From an uncultured Chloroflexia bacterium (GTDB taxonomy: Bacteria; Chloroflexota; Ktedonobacteria; Ktedonobacterales; JADMIN01), in NCBI GenBank assembly GCA_963718915.1, contig CAVRAI010000013.1, positions 330,001-362,000 of the forward strand: DNA of 32,000 nt, in the 5' to 3' direction. The notes below the pieces were generated by a model, which had not been told where the DNA came from, did no database searches, and saw nothing but the letters and a program-made list of their open reading frames with translations. The translations under genes were made by a program, and so were the position numbers. Below are positions 17,647 through 25,783 of the stretch, piece after piece (the first letter of the stretch is position 1; every line of letters begins with the position of its first letter).

Positions 17647-18644
17647 TAGTCGAGCACCTGTTTGATGCTGTATTCGTCGTCGGGGCGATAGGCAAAGTGA
17701 CGGATCATCTCACTCTGCAGGCCAGTCAGAATGAAGCTGATGCCGAAGACGATCAGTAAGATGCCTACAAATAGGAGCGGGCGGGTATGGATCTCCTGGT
17801 GGGAGCCAATCGGTAGGAAGCGGTCAAGGACAATATAGAGATCAACCAGCACGCCTGCCACCGTCGCAAGCAGTCCTATCGCGCCGAACAGGCGTAGCGG
17901 CGTCTGAAGATACTGCATGAGGAAGACGACCATCATGAGATCGAGAAAGCCCCGTAGGAAGCGCCGCGCACCGTACTTCGACTTGCCAAACTTGCGTTTA
18001 TGGTGGCGCACCTTCACCTCGGTCACCCGGAAGCCGCGCTCATGCGCCAGCACCGGAATGAAGCGATGCAGTTCGCCATAGAGCTTCACGTCGTCGAGCA
18101 CTTCGCGGCGATACGCCTTGAATCCGCAGTTGATATCATGCAGGCGCACACCGGTTGTCAAGCTGACCATGCGATTGAAGAAGAATGATGGAAAGGTCTT
18201 GGTGATCGGGTCGTGCCGGGGATATTTCCAGCCAGAGACGAGATCATAGCCTTCGTTGAGCTTTTCGATGAACTTCCCCATCTCGTCAGGATCGTCTTGC
18301 AGATCGGCGTCCATCGTGAAGACGACATCCCCACGAACATGCGAAAAGCCCGCCACCAGCGCTGGAGTCTTGCCGAAGTTGCGGCGGAAACGAATCACCC
18401 GGATATGTTGATCCTGCTCGTGCAATGCGGTGAGGGTGGCGAACGACCCATCGCGGCTACCATCATCCACAAAGACGATTTCATACGACTGCCCCAGCCG
18501 CTCCAGCGCGGACGTGAGTGCGTGATACAGCGGGCGCAGACTCTGCTCTTCGTTATACACAGGCACGACGACCGAAATGCCCAGTTGAGCCTCCTGTATG
18601 AGCTCGGATGCCGTGTCAGGGCGAGGGCTTGTCGAATTTTGCAT
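17646..18644 (-). CDS. GT2-family polyprenyl-phosphate glycosyltransferase (GtrB/ArnC/DPM1-like) with two C-terminal TM helices
   Basis: ISVVVPVYNEEQSL, EIVFVDDGSRDGS and FTMDADLQDDP (the DXD region) are present, followed by two C-terminal TM helices (LRLFGAIGLLATVAGVLV; LLFVGILLIVFGISFILTG). The start is uncertain: ATG 18644 (GGAG 10 nt upstream) or ATG 18701 (leaderless, see the promoter feature). The long track ORF back to 19058 is not protein-like. Confidence 0.85.
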   Translation of the reverse strand: MQNSTSPRPDTASELIQEAQLGISVVVPVYNEEQSLRPLYHALTSALERLGQSYEIVFVDDGSRDGSFATLTALHEQDQHIRVIRFRRNFGKTPALVAGFSHVRGDVVFTMDADLQDDPDEMGKFIEKLNEGYDLVSGWKYPRHDPITKTFPSFFFNRMVSLTTGVRLHDINCGFKAYRREVLDDVKLYGELHRFIPVLAHERGFRVTEVKVRHHKRKFGKSKYGARRFLRGFLDLMMVVFLMQYLQTPLRLFGAIGLLATVAGVLVDLYIVLDRFLPIGSHQEIHTRPLLFVGILLIVFGISFILTGLQSEMIRHFAYRPDDEYSIKQVLD

Positions 18645-18707
18645 TGTCCTGCAACTCCAGACATAGGCGGGCATGGCAACGGGTTTTCTTCCATGCTCCA
18701 TCTGGGA

Positions 18708-18737
18708 ATTATCCCACTCGACCACCGTGAGAGTCAA
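18708..18737 (-). promoter_or_regulatory. Candidate promoter of the GT2 operon (TTGACT-18 nt-GATAAT)
   Basis: The minus strand reads TTGACT (18737-18732), an 18-nt spacer, then GATAAT (18713-18708). Six nucleotides later comes the ATG at 18701. Confidence 0.4.
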
Positions 18738-18838
18738 CGTAACCGCGACCTTCAGGCAAATAGAGTACGCACATCGTGCCCGCAATATGATACCCTGCTG
18801 TTGACAAGTTTGCATATAGATGAAAGTGAGCAGAGCCG

Positions 18839-19231
18839 ATGGCGCTGACGGTGGGCATGCGCGGCGAGGCGTCACTGGTAGTCGGTGAGGCACAGACCGC
18901 TGCGGCATTCGGCGCTGGCGGGGTGCTGGTGCTTGGCACTCCAGTGATGATTGGCCTGATGGAGAACGCGGCATGGCAGCTCGTGCAGCCGGAACTTCCA
19001 GAAGGCGAATCGACGGTAGGCACGCTGGTGAATGTGCGCCATCTCGCCGCGACGCCAATGGGCGGGCATGTGGTCGCCACTGCCGAGTTGATCGAGATTG
19101 ACGACCGACGGCTTGTCTTCCGGGTGAGCGCCCGCGACGACACCCAGATCATTGGCGAGGGTACGCACGAACGATTTCGCATCGTGCTGGAGCGTTTTCT
19201 GGCGCGATTGCCGAAATCACCCGAGGCCTGA
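18839..19231 (+). CDS. Hotdog-fold thioesterase (FlK / fluoroacetyl-CoA-thioesterase-like family)
   Basis: 130 aa. The pattern G..GE....V....TA..FGAGGV.VLGTP.MIGLMENAA.......LPEG.STVG..V.V.HLAATP.G..V.A.AEL.E.D.R.L.F.V.A.D is typical of this small thioesterase family. Confidence 0.8.
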   Translation: MALTVGMRGEASLVVGEAQTAAAFGAGGVLVLGTPVMIGLMENAAWQLVQPELPEGESTVGTLVNVRHLAATPMGGHVVATAELIEIDDRRLVFRVSARDDTQIIGEGTHERFRIVLERFLARLPKSPEA

Positions 19232-19249
19232 TAATTAAAGCTTGCGCGC

Positions 19250-19277
19250 TTGCATCTTGCCAGCGGTGCGATACAAT
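19250..19277 (+). promoter_or_regulatory. Candidate promoter of mglA (TTGCAT-16 nt-TACAAT)
   Basis: TTGCAT (19250-19255), a 16-nt spacer, then TACAAT (19272-19277), about 140 nt upstream of the ATG at 19422. The architecture matches the nrdJ candidate promoter. Confidence 0.35.
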
Positions 19278-19421
19278 ACCACTGCCGAGATAGAATACAC
19301 AAGCTCATGACACAGACGACGAGACACATGGTACAGTGTTAGCTGTGTGAGACGTTGTGGCGCGGATGGCAAGGCGCCGCCGCAGCCGGTGGTTAAACCG
19401 CGAGGTGGGGCAGGAGTCAAT

Positions 19422-20006
19422 ATGTCGCTCATCAACATGGCGAAACGCGAGATCAACTGTAAGATTGTCTATTACGGCATTGGCCTGAGCGGCAAAACCA
19501 CGAACCTGCATTTCATTCACCGAACCGTCAACCCGGCAGATGTCGGCGAGATGGTCTCGATTGATACCGAGACTGAGCGCACGCTCTACTTTGACTTATT
19601 GCCTCTTGAGCTTGGACGCGTTCACGGTTTCACCATCCGCTTTCAACTCTACACAGTTCCCGGCCAGGTACTCTATCAACAGACGCGCATCTCCGTGCTC
19701 AAAGGCGCGGACTGTGTCGTCTTCGTGGCCGACTCGCAGGCGAACAAACTCCAGGAAAACATCGAGAGCTTCAACGAACTGCGCGAGCAACTGCGGCGGA
19801 TGGGCAAACGTCCCGGCGAGTTCCCGCTGGTAATGCAATGGAATAAACGCGACCTGCCAGATATTCTGCCGGTGCCCGTACTGGAGCAGTACCTTAACCC
19901 ATTCCACAGCCCCAGCTTCGAGGCAGTCGCGGTGAATGGCGGTGGCGTTATCGAGAGTCTGCGCGTTGGCATCAACTCGACACTTCGTCAGCTCGACCGC
20001 ATGTAA
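19422..20006 (+). CDS. mglA: MglA-family Ras-like small GTPase
   Basis: Start at ATG 19422, with an AGGAG SD 5 nt upstream. [33 protein letters not shown] aligns almost residue-for-residue with Myxococcus MglA ([29 protein letters not shown]). Also present are [17 protein letters not shown] and QWNKRDL. 194 aa. Confidence 0.9.
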   Translation: [194 protein letters not shown]

Positions 20007-20228
20007 TTGTATAATTTGTAACCAGAGTCGAAGAAACCTCCATAGCGAATCTTCGGACGCCACAGACGTAGACAGGAACCACCACCCGCCTCTCGGTTCC
20101 TCCAGGCGCGCGCTTACGGATGTCCGGGAGACCGACGTATCCTCTGTCCATCAGGTGTCGATCAGCATGCTCGGCCATCGAAACAGGCTTGATGCAGTCG
20201 CCCCATCATCTCGCCGGAGGCTGACCTG

Positions 20229-22834
20229 TTGAGTCCGAAATTACCTGAACGCGAGCAATATCTTGCGCGATTGAATGACCTGCTCCAGGAGGCGGCCCAG
20301 AGCAAAGGGCGCTGCGTGCTGGTTGTCGGCGAAGCGGGCATTGGCAAAACCACACTCATCGAGCATTTCGCCGAACAGCATCGCGCTGAAGCCCGGTTTT
20401 TCTGGGGGCAGTGTGAGGCACTGTATACACCACGGGCGCTCGGCCCTTTCTATGACATAGCGCCATTGCTGGATGGCCTGGTGGATGTTCTCGGTGACCG
20501 CCATGCAAATCGGGCCACGATATTCTCCAGGTTCTTGAGCGCCCTGCAAGCAAAAACAGCGCCAACCGTAGTCATTATCGAGGATGTGCATTGGGCCGAC
20601 GAAGCAACTCTGGACATGGTCAAGTTCTTGGCCCGACGCGTACAACAGTCATCCATCCTGCTGATTGTCACCTATCGTGATGACGAAATTGGCCCCGATC
20701 ATCCACTCTGGTTCGTAATTGGGGATTTGCCCAGCAAAGCGACCACCCGCATGCGCATCCCAACATTATCGGAGCGCGCGGTAACTCAGCTTGCCGTAGA
20801 GGCGCAGCATTCCACCAGCAATCTCTATGCGATCACTGGGGGTAATCCATTCTTCGTCACGGAAGCGCTTGCCAATCTCGACGCGGATATACCTGAGACC
20901 GTGCGTGCGGCGGTGCTGGCTCGGGCATCGCGCCTGTCATCGGCAGATCGCACCGTTATCGACCTGGTATCGGTGGTTCCAGCGCGCGCTGAGTTATGGC
21001 TCATTGAGGCGGGTCTTGGGCCATCGTTGGATGCTATTGATGAGTGTTTGCAAACAGGAGTCCTGCGCCTCGATCGAGATGCCGTTGCGTTTCGGCATGA
21101 GCTTGCCCGACAGGCCCTGTAAGCGCCATTCCCCAGCAGCGTTTGAAGCACCTGCATGGACAGGTCTTGCGCGCGCTGATGGGACATGGGCTTGAGCCAT
21201 CCCACATTGCCAGACTGGTCCACCATGCGACAGGCGCGGAGGAGAGCGCCGTCGTACTTCAGTTCGCTCCCGAGGCTGCCAGGCAGGCGGCTGCGCATGG
21301 GGCACACCGTGAAGCAGCAAGCCATTACGAGTCAGCGCTATTGTACGCGGCTAATCTGCCTCCACGGCAGCGGGCTGAACTGCTAGAGGGACGCGCCTAT
21401 GAGTGCTACCTGACGAATCAATTCGAGGAGGCGCTCAAGGCGCGCATTGAAGCGCTCAATATATGGCAGGAATCCGGAGATCCAGACAAAGTTGGGCAGT
21501 CGCAGCGTTGGTTATCACGTCTCAACTGGTTCCTCGGCAACAAGCCCGCGGCGGACCGTTTTGCCAAGGAGGCAATCACCACGCTACAAGACTTGCCGCG
21601 CGGCAGGGAGCTGGCGCTGGCCTATAGCAATCTGGCACAATTGTGCATGCTTGAGGAGGATCTTACCGGAACGTATGAATGGGGATCACTGGCTATTGAG
21701 CTGGCCAGAGCGCTCCACGACGATGAGGTACTATGCCACGCGCTGAACAATATCGGGACAGCGGAGTTGATGGCTGGCCAGGACGACGGCCAGCATACAC
21801 TCAAGGAGAGCCTGCGCATCGCTCTGGAGCACGGCTTCGAGGAGCATGCCGCACGGGCATATACCAACCTCGCCAGCCGCGCCGTCTCCTGCCGCGAGTA
21901 CCCAGAGGCAATACGCTACCTTGAAGAGGGCATTACGTATTGCGCTGACCACGATCTCGATTCCTGGAAACTATATATGACCGGTTGGCGTGCCCGCGCG
22001 CATCTTGACCTTGGCGATTGGGCAGCTGCGGCGGACGATGCGCAACTTGTCCTCGGCGTCTATCGGGCGTCGCCTGTCGTGCGTATCTCGGCCCTGGCAG
22101 CATTAGGTACCGTCCGTCAGCGACGTGGTGACCCTGGCAGTGCGGCGCTACTGGATGAGGCGCGGGATCTCGCCTTGCAAACAGGAGAAGTGCAGCGTAT
22201 CGCCCCAGTCGCCGCTGCCCGCGCTGAAAAAGCCTGGCTGGCAAATGATCTTGAAGCATGCCTGGCCGAGGCGCGAGTTGGGTTTGATCATCCACACAAT
22301 CTCAGGACTTCGTTTGAGTTCGGACAGTTGTGCTTCTGGATGTGGAAAGCGGGAGGACTATCTGAGGCGCCCGATGGACTTCCGGAACCATACGCGGCAC
22401 AGCTTGCGGGCGATTGGAGACGCGCCGTCTCACTATGGGCAAGCCTTTGCTGCCCCTATGAACAGGCGCTGGCGCTCGCCGATGGTGACCGCACCGCACA
22501 GAACGAGGCATTGCAAATTTTCCAGACACTGGGTGCGCAAGCCATGACCGATCACTTGACGCGCCAGCTCCACTCCAAGGGCGTCCGGAGTATCCCTCGT
22601 GGCCCGCGCGCTTCAACCCGAAGTAATCCAGCGGGCCTGACCGAACGGCAAATGGAAGTATTGCTATCGATGGCCGAAGGATTCTCGAACGCAGAGATCG
22701 CGGCAGAGCTTTCTGCCTCCCCCAAGACCGTCGAACACCATGTATCCTCGATTCTCGCCAAGCTGGGCGCAAGGTCGCGCGCGCAGGCTATCGCAGTGGC
22801 ACACAATCTAGGGGCGATTCCAAAGCCGCTCTAA
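20229..22834 (+). pseudogene. Large ATP-binding LuxR-family regulator (AAA/P-loop NTPase, TPR-like helical repeats, C-terminal LuxR HTH), split by a 1-nt frameshift at about 21120
   Basis: The first ORF, 20229..21122 (TTG start), has Walker A VVGEAGIGKTTL, Walker B VVIIEDVHWADEATL and ends ..AFRHELARQAL-stop. The second ORF, 21143..22834, read upstream in its own frame gives SAIPQQRLKHLHGQVLRAL, the expected continuation. Its C-terminus LTERQMEVLLSMAEGFSNAEIAAELSASPKTVEHHVSSILAKLG is a LuxR/GerE HTH. Confidence 0.85.
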
Positions 22835-23015
22835 AATAGGGGGTCGGCGCAGCCCAATATAGGGAATATCCCCGTCGAAACTTAACACGCGGCCAGGTAT
22901 CCTGTGAACATCGCCTTGAATGCGATTTGTCGTTGTCGATTGAGATTCGGCTGTGCGCAATAGTTGGGCAATGAGATGTTTCCACAGTCGGACGAGCAGA
23001 AAGGAAAACCTGGAT

Positions 23016-23267
23016 ATGCCATTGTACATGGACATTCATAAGCATGTGGAAGGGTTGACGGCCGAGGCTGTCAAGGGCGCGCACGAGGCAGACCTGGCGA
23101 CACAGGAGCAATACAACGTGCGCTACCTTCAGTACTGGTTCGACGAGGGCACTGGCAGGGTGTTCTGCCTGGTCGAAGCCCCAAGCGCCGAGGCCGCAGC
23201 CGAGGTACACCGTCGGGCACACGGCCTGGTCGCAGATGAGATTACTGAGGTAAAGCAAGGCTCCTGA
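23016..23267 (+). CDS. DUF4242-family small protein (SCO4226-like)
   Basis: Start at ATG 23016. MPLYMDIHKHVEGLTAEAVKGAHEADLATQEQYNVRYLQYWFDEGTGRVFCLVEAPSAEAAAEVHRRAHGLVADEI matches the DUF4242 pattern (M.YMD.H......T.E.V..AH..DL..Q.KYGV.Y..YW.D...G.VFCL.EAP..EA...VH.EAHG). 83 aa. Confidence 0.85.
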   Translation: MPLYMDIHKHVEGLTAEAVKGAHEADLATQEQYNVRYLQYWFDEGTGRVFCLVEAPSAEAAAEVHRRAHGLVADEITEVKQGS

Positions 23268-23510
23268 GCAACACAGTTGATGACTCATCGCGAGGGTCCC
23301 CACTCGACCACCCAGGCCGATTGGGGACAGCGTTTGGAGACAGTGGGTAGCGCCCTATCCGACGAAGCGGCTCGGACGGTACCGTCAGGTTGTGGGCGTA
23401 CTTTAGCTCCAATTGCGCTCAAATTGGTCGGTGGCATGGCCGTCGAAGCGCTGCTAACGACTGATTCGTTTCTGTCTGGAATGCCCTGGGAATACATCCA
23501 TCCTACGGCG

Positions 23511-24713
23511 CTAGCTCTCTCCGCGCCGTGTGAGTCGTCTGCGGATTTCGGGAAGACTTGGCACAATCCGATAGCGCGCCAGGACGAACCAGGCTGCTGC
23601 TCCAACGATCACGAGGAGCAGCAGCGTGCTGAGGATGCCCCCGCCGCTGCCCGCCACGGCGGGATAGCGCGCGATCTGCCCGGCGGCGACAAACGTCACT
23701 GTAGGATTGTTCTGGCCAGGTACCACGACAATTGCGGGAATGGCATGCGCCAGGCCATCCGCGACCTTGGCCCAGTGCTGGCCGCCATCGGTGCTGGAAT
23801 ATACCGTCTGCCCCGTCCCCGCATAGAGCAGCCCAGGCGTGGCGATATAGGTCGCCAGCGAGTACACCGTTCCAGTGGGCAAGCCAGTGTTGAGCGCTTT
23901 CCATGTGGGCGCGCCGCTCGCACGAGCGTAGACACCTGCCGAGGCTCCTACGTAGAGTGTCGGGCCAGAGGAAACGGCGCCGCCTGAGGTGAGTTCCAGT
24001 AGAGCATAGGCATCTGTCTGCGGGGGCATGCCGCCACCATCCTTGATCCAGCTTGCGCCGGTATCGTGTGAAACGTAGACGCCAGTGCCAGCCCCAGAGA
24101 CCGCCGCATAGAGCGCCTTCGCTGCGCTATCCCACAGCAGCGCTTGCACCACCGCATTTGCTGATAGTGACGCAGTCGCCGTTGACGGAACGACCGCTTT
24201 CCAGCTTTTTGCGCCATCGGCGCTCGTATAGAATCCCTTGCCCGCAACGCTGATATACAGAGTCGCGGCATTGGCGCCCGTGGTAATCGCGGTAACGCTC
24301 GCTCCGGCAGGGAGTCCGCTATTGCGCGCCGTGTAATTATTGCCATAATCGCCGCTGGCATAGAAGCCACCAGCGGTACCCGCATAGACGGCCCCTTCGG
24401 TGTAGGGGTTGGGGAAGATAACATTGACCGGGCCATGGCCAGGGCTTTGCTCGCTCGTCACAAAGACCCCAGACTTGTCGCCCCGTGCCAGATAGGTTGT
24501 GCCGTCGCTGCCGCCCGCGAAGATAATGCCGCGAATGTGGGGATCGGACGCCAGTGTATTGATTTGCGCATTCGCTGGGCCGACGTTCTGCCACTGGTTT
24601 GCTGCCACCGTTCCGCAACCCGCGAGCGCCACAAGCACGACCGTCAGCCCCAACGCGAAGACCTGTCCCAGACCCAGTCTCCCCAATCTCATACATCCAT
24701 CCCCAGTTCTCAT
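23511..24713 (-). CDS. Asp-box (BNR) repeat beta-propeller lipoprotein with an additional C-terminal TM anchor
   Basis: Signal peptide with lipobox (..LTVVLVALAGCG). The alternative start at ATG 24692 gives MRLGRLGLGQVF. Asp-box motifs S-x-D-x-G-x-x-W are present: SADGAKSW, SHDTGASW, STDGGQHW. The C-terminus GGGILSTLLLLVIVGAAAWFVLARYR is a TM helix followed by basic residues. Confidence 0.75.
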   Translation of the reverse strand: MRTGDGCMRLGRLGLGQVFALGLTVVLVALAGCGTVAANQWQNVGPANAQINTLASDPHIRGIIFAGGSDGTTYLARGDKSGVFVTSEQSPGHGPVNVIFPNPYTEGAVYAGTAGGFYASGDYGNNYTARNSGLPAGASVTAITTGANAATLYISVAGKGFYTSADGAKSWKAVVPSTATASLSANAVVQALLWDSAAKALYAAVSGAGTGVYVSHDTGASWIKDGGGMPPQTDAYALLELTSGGAVSSGPTLYVGASAGVYARASGAPTWKALNTGLPTGTVYSLATYIATPGLLYAGTGQTVYSSTDGGQHWAKVADGLAHAIPAIVVVPGQNNPTVTFVAAGQIARYPAVAGSGGGILSTLLLLVIVGAAAWFVLARYRIVPSLPEIRRRLTRRGES

Positions 24714-24748
24714 GAATTGCTTTGCACTGCGTCGTATGAGATTGATCG

Positions 24749-25741
24749 TTACGGCAACAGTTCAATCTCCTGCCCCAGCCCGCGCTCGCGCGCCCGCGCA
24801 TATACCCAGCCCGCTACCGCCACATCTTCCAGCCCGATGCCGAGCGACTTGAAGAGCGTGATTGCCTCCGCCTTCGGGCGGCCCGCCACGTTGCCCGCGA
24901 TGATCTCGCTCAGTTCTACCGCACGCTCCATCGCGAAATCGCCTGACTGCGAAGCCAGCAGCAGGTCGCCCGCCTCGATCTCCGCCTGGTCGCGGTCATC
25001 CACCGCCACGACATCGCTCCGCCGGATCGCCTCGCCATCAACCTCGCGACGATGCGCCCAGTTCGATCCCATCACATTGAGATGCTGGCCAGGTTGCAGC
25101 CACGCGCCCAGCACTACGGGATCGTGCGCCGTCGTCACTGTGACGATGATATCGGCCTCGCGCGCCGCCTGCTCAGCCTGCGTAACTGGCGCGCACATAA
25201 CGCCAGTCTCCGCCGCTAACGCTTCACAGAAGGCTTGCGCCCGCTCTATAGAACGCGCATAGACCAGGAATTTTTCGACAGGCCGCGCCTCACACATCGC
25301 CAGCGCCTGCGTGTGCGCCTGCCCACCCGCGCCGATCATCCCGACAACACGCGCATCTGGGCGCGCCATGTAGCGCGTCGCCACACCTGACGCCCCACCA
25401 GTACGCATCTGGCCAAGAAGATCCGCCTCGATCAGCGCCAGCAGTCGCCCATCCTCCGCCGAGAAGAGCTGGATGAGGAAACGTACCTTCCCCGCGATGG
25501 CGCTATAATCCTTCAGGCCAACCAGACCAGGACCATCCACCTCAGGGTGGCCCGGCGTTCCCGGCACATAGGCAGGCAACACATGCAACACGCCGCGCCC
25601 GCCAGGAAGCACGACGCGCCGCCGTGGCTGATTGCGCGCCTCGCCTGTCGCCTGGCGACGGAAAGCGGCATCGAGTACGCGCATCGTGTCGGACATTGTC
25701 AGGACAGCCTGCACATCCGCCTCGCGCAAGACCAGTGTCAT
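24749..25741 (-). CDS. Ornithine cyclodeaminase / mu-crystallin family NAD(P)-dependent enzyme
   Basis: 330 aa. An AGGAGG SD lies 6 nt upstream. Family features include the N-terminus L....DV...L.M.D.M..L..AF, TGGASGVATRYMARPDA, a Rossmann motif MIGAGGQA, and VTVTTA..PV..G.WL.PG.H.N..GSN. Confidence 0.9.
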   Translation of the reverse strand: MTLVLREADVQAVLTMSDTMRVLDAAFRRQATGEARNQPRRRVVLPGGRGVLHVLPAYVPGTPGHPEVDGPGLVGLKDYSAIAGKVRFLIQLFSAEDGRLLALIEADLLGQMRTGGASGVATRYMARPDARVVGMIGAGGQAHTQALAMCEARPVEKFLVYARSIERAQAFCEALAAETGVMCAPVTQAEQAAREADIIVTVTTAHDPVVLGAWLQPGQHLNVMGSNWAHRREVDGEAIRRSDVVAVDDRDQAEIEAGDLLLASQSGDFAMERAVELSEIIAGNVAGRPKAEAITLFKSLGIGLEDVAVAGWVYARARERGLGQEIELLP

Positions 25742-25783
25742 GGCATCCTCCTTAACGACCTGTTGCCCTTATCCCAATCCTGC

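Noticed and set aside
20010-20015. A perfect TATAAT lies just after the mglA stop, a possible promoter for the LuxR-type gene.
   Set aside because: There is no acceptable -35 element at 16-18 nt spacing, and the TG is not in the extended -10 position. This is too weak to call.
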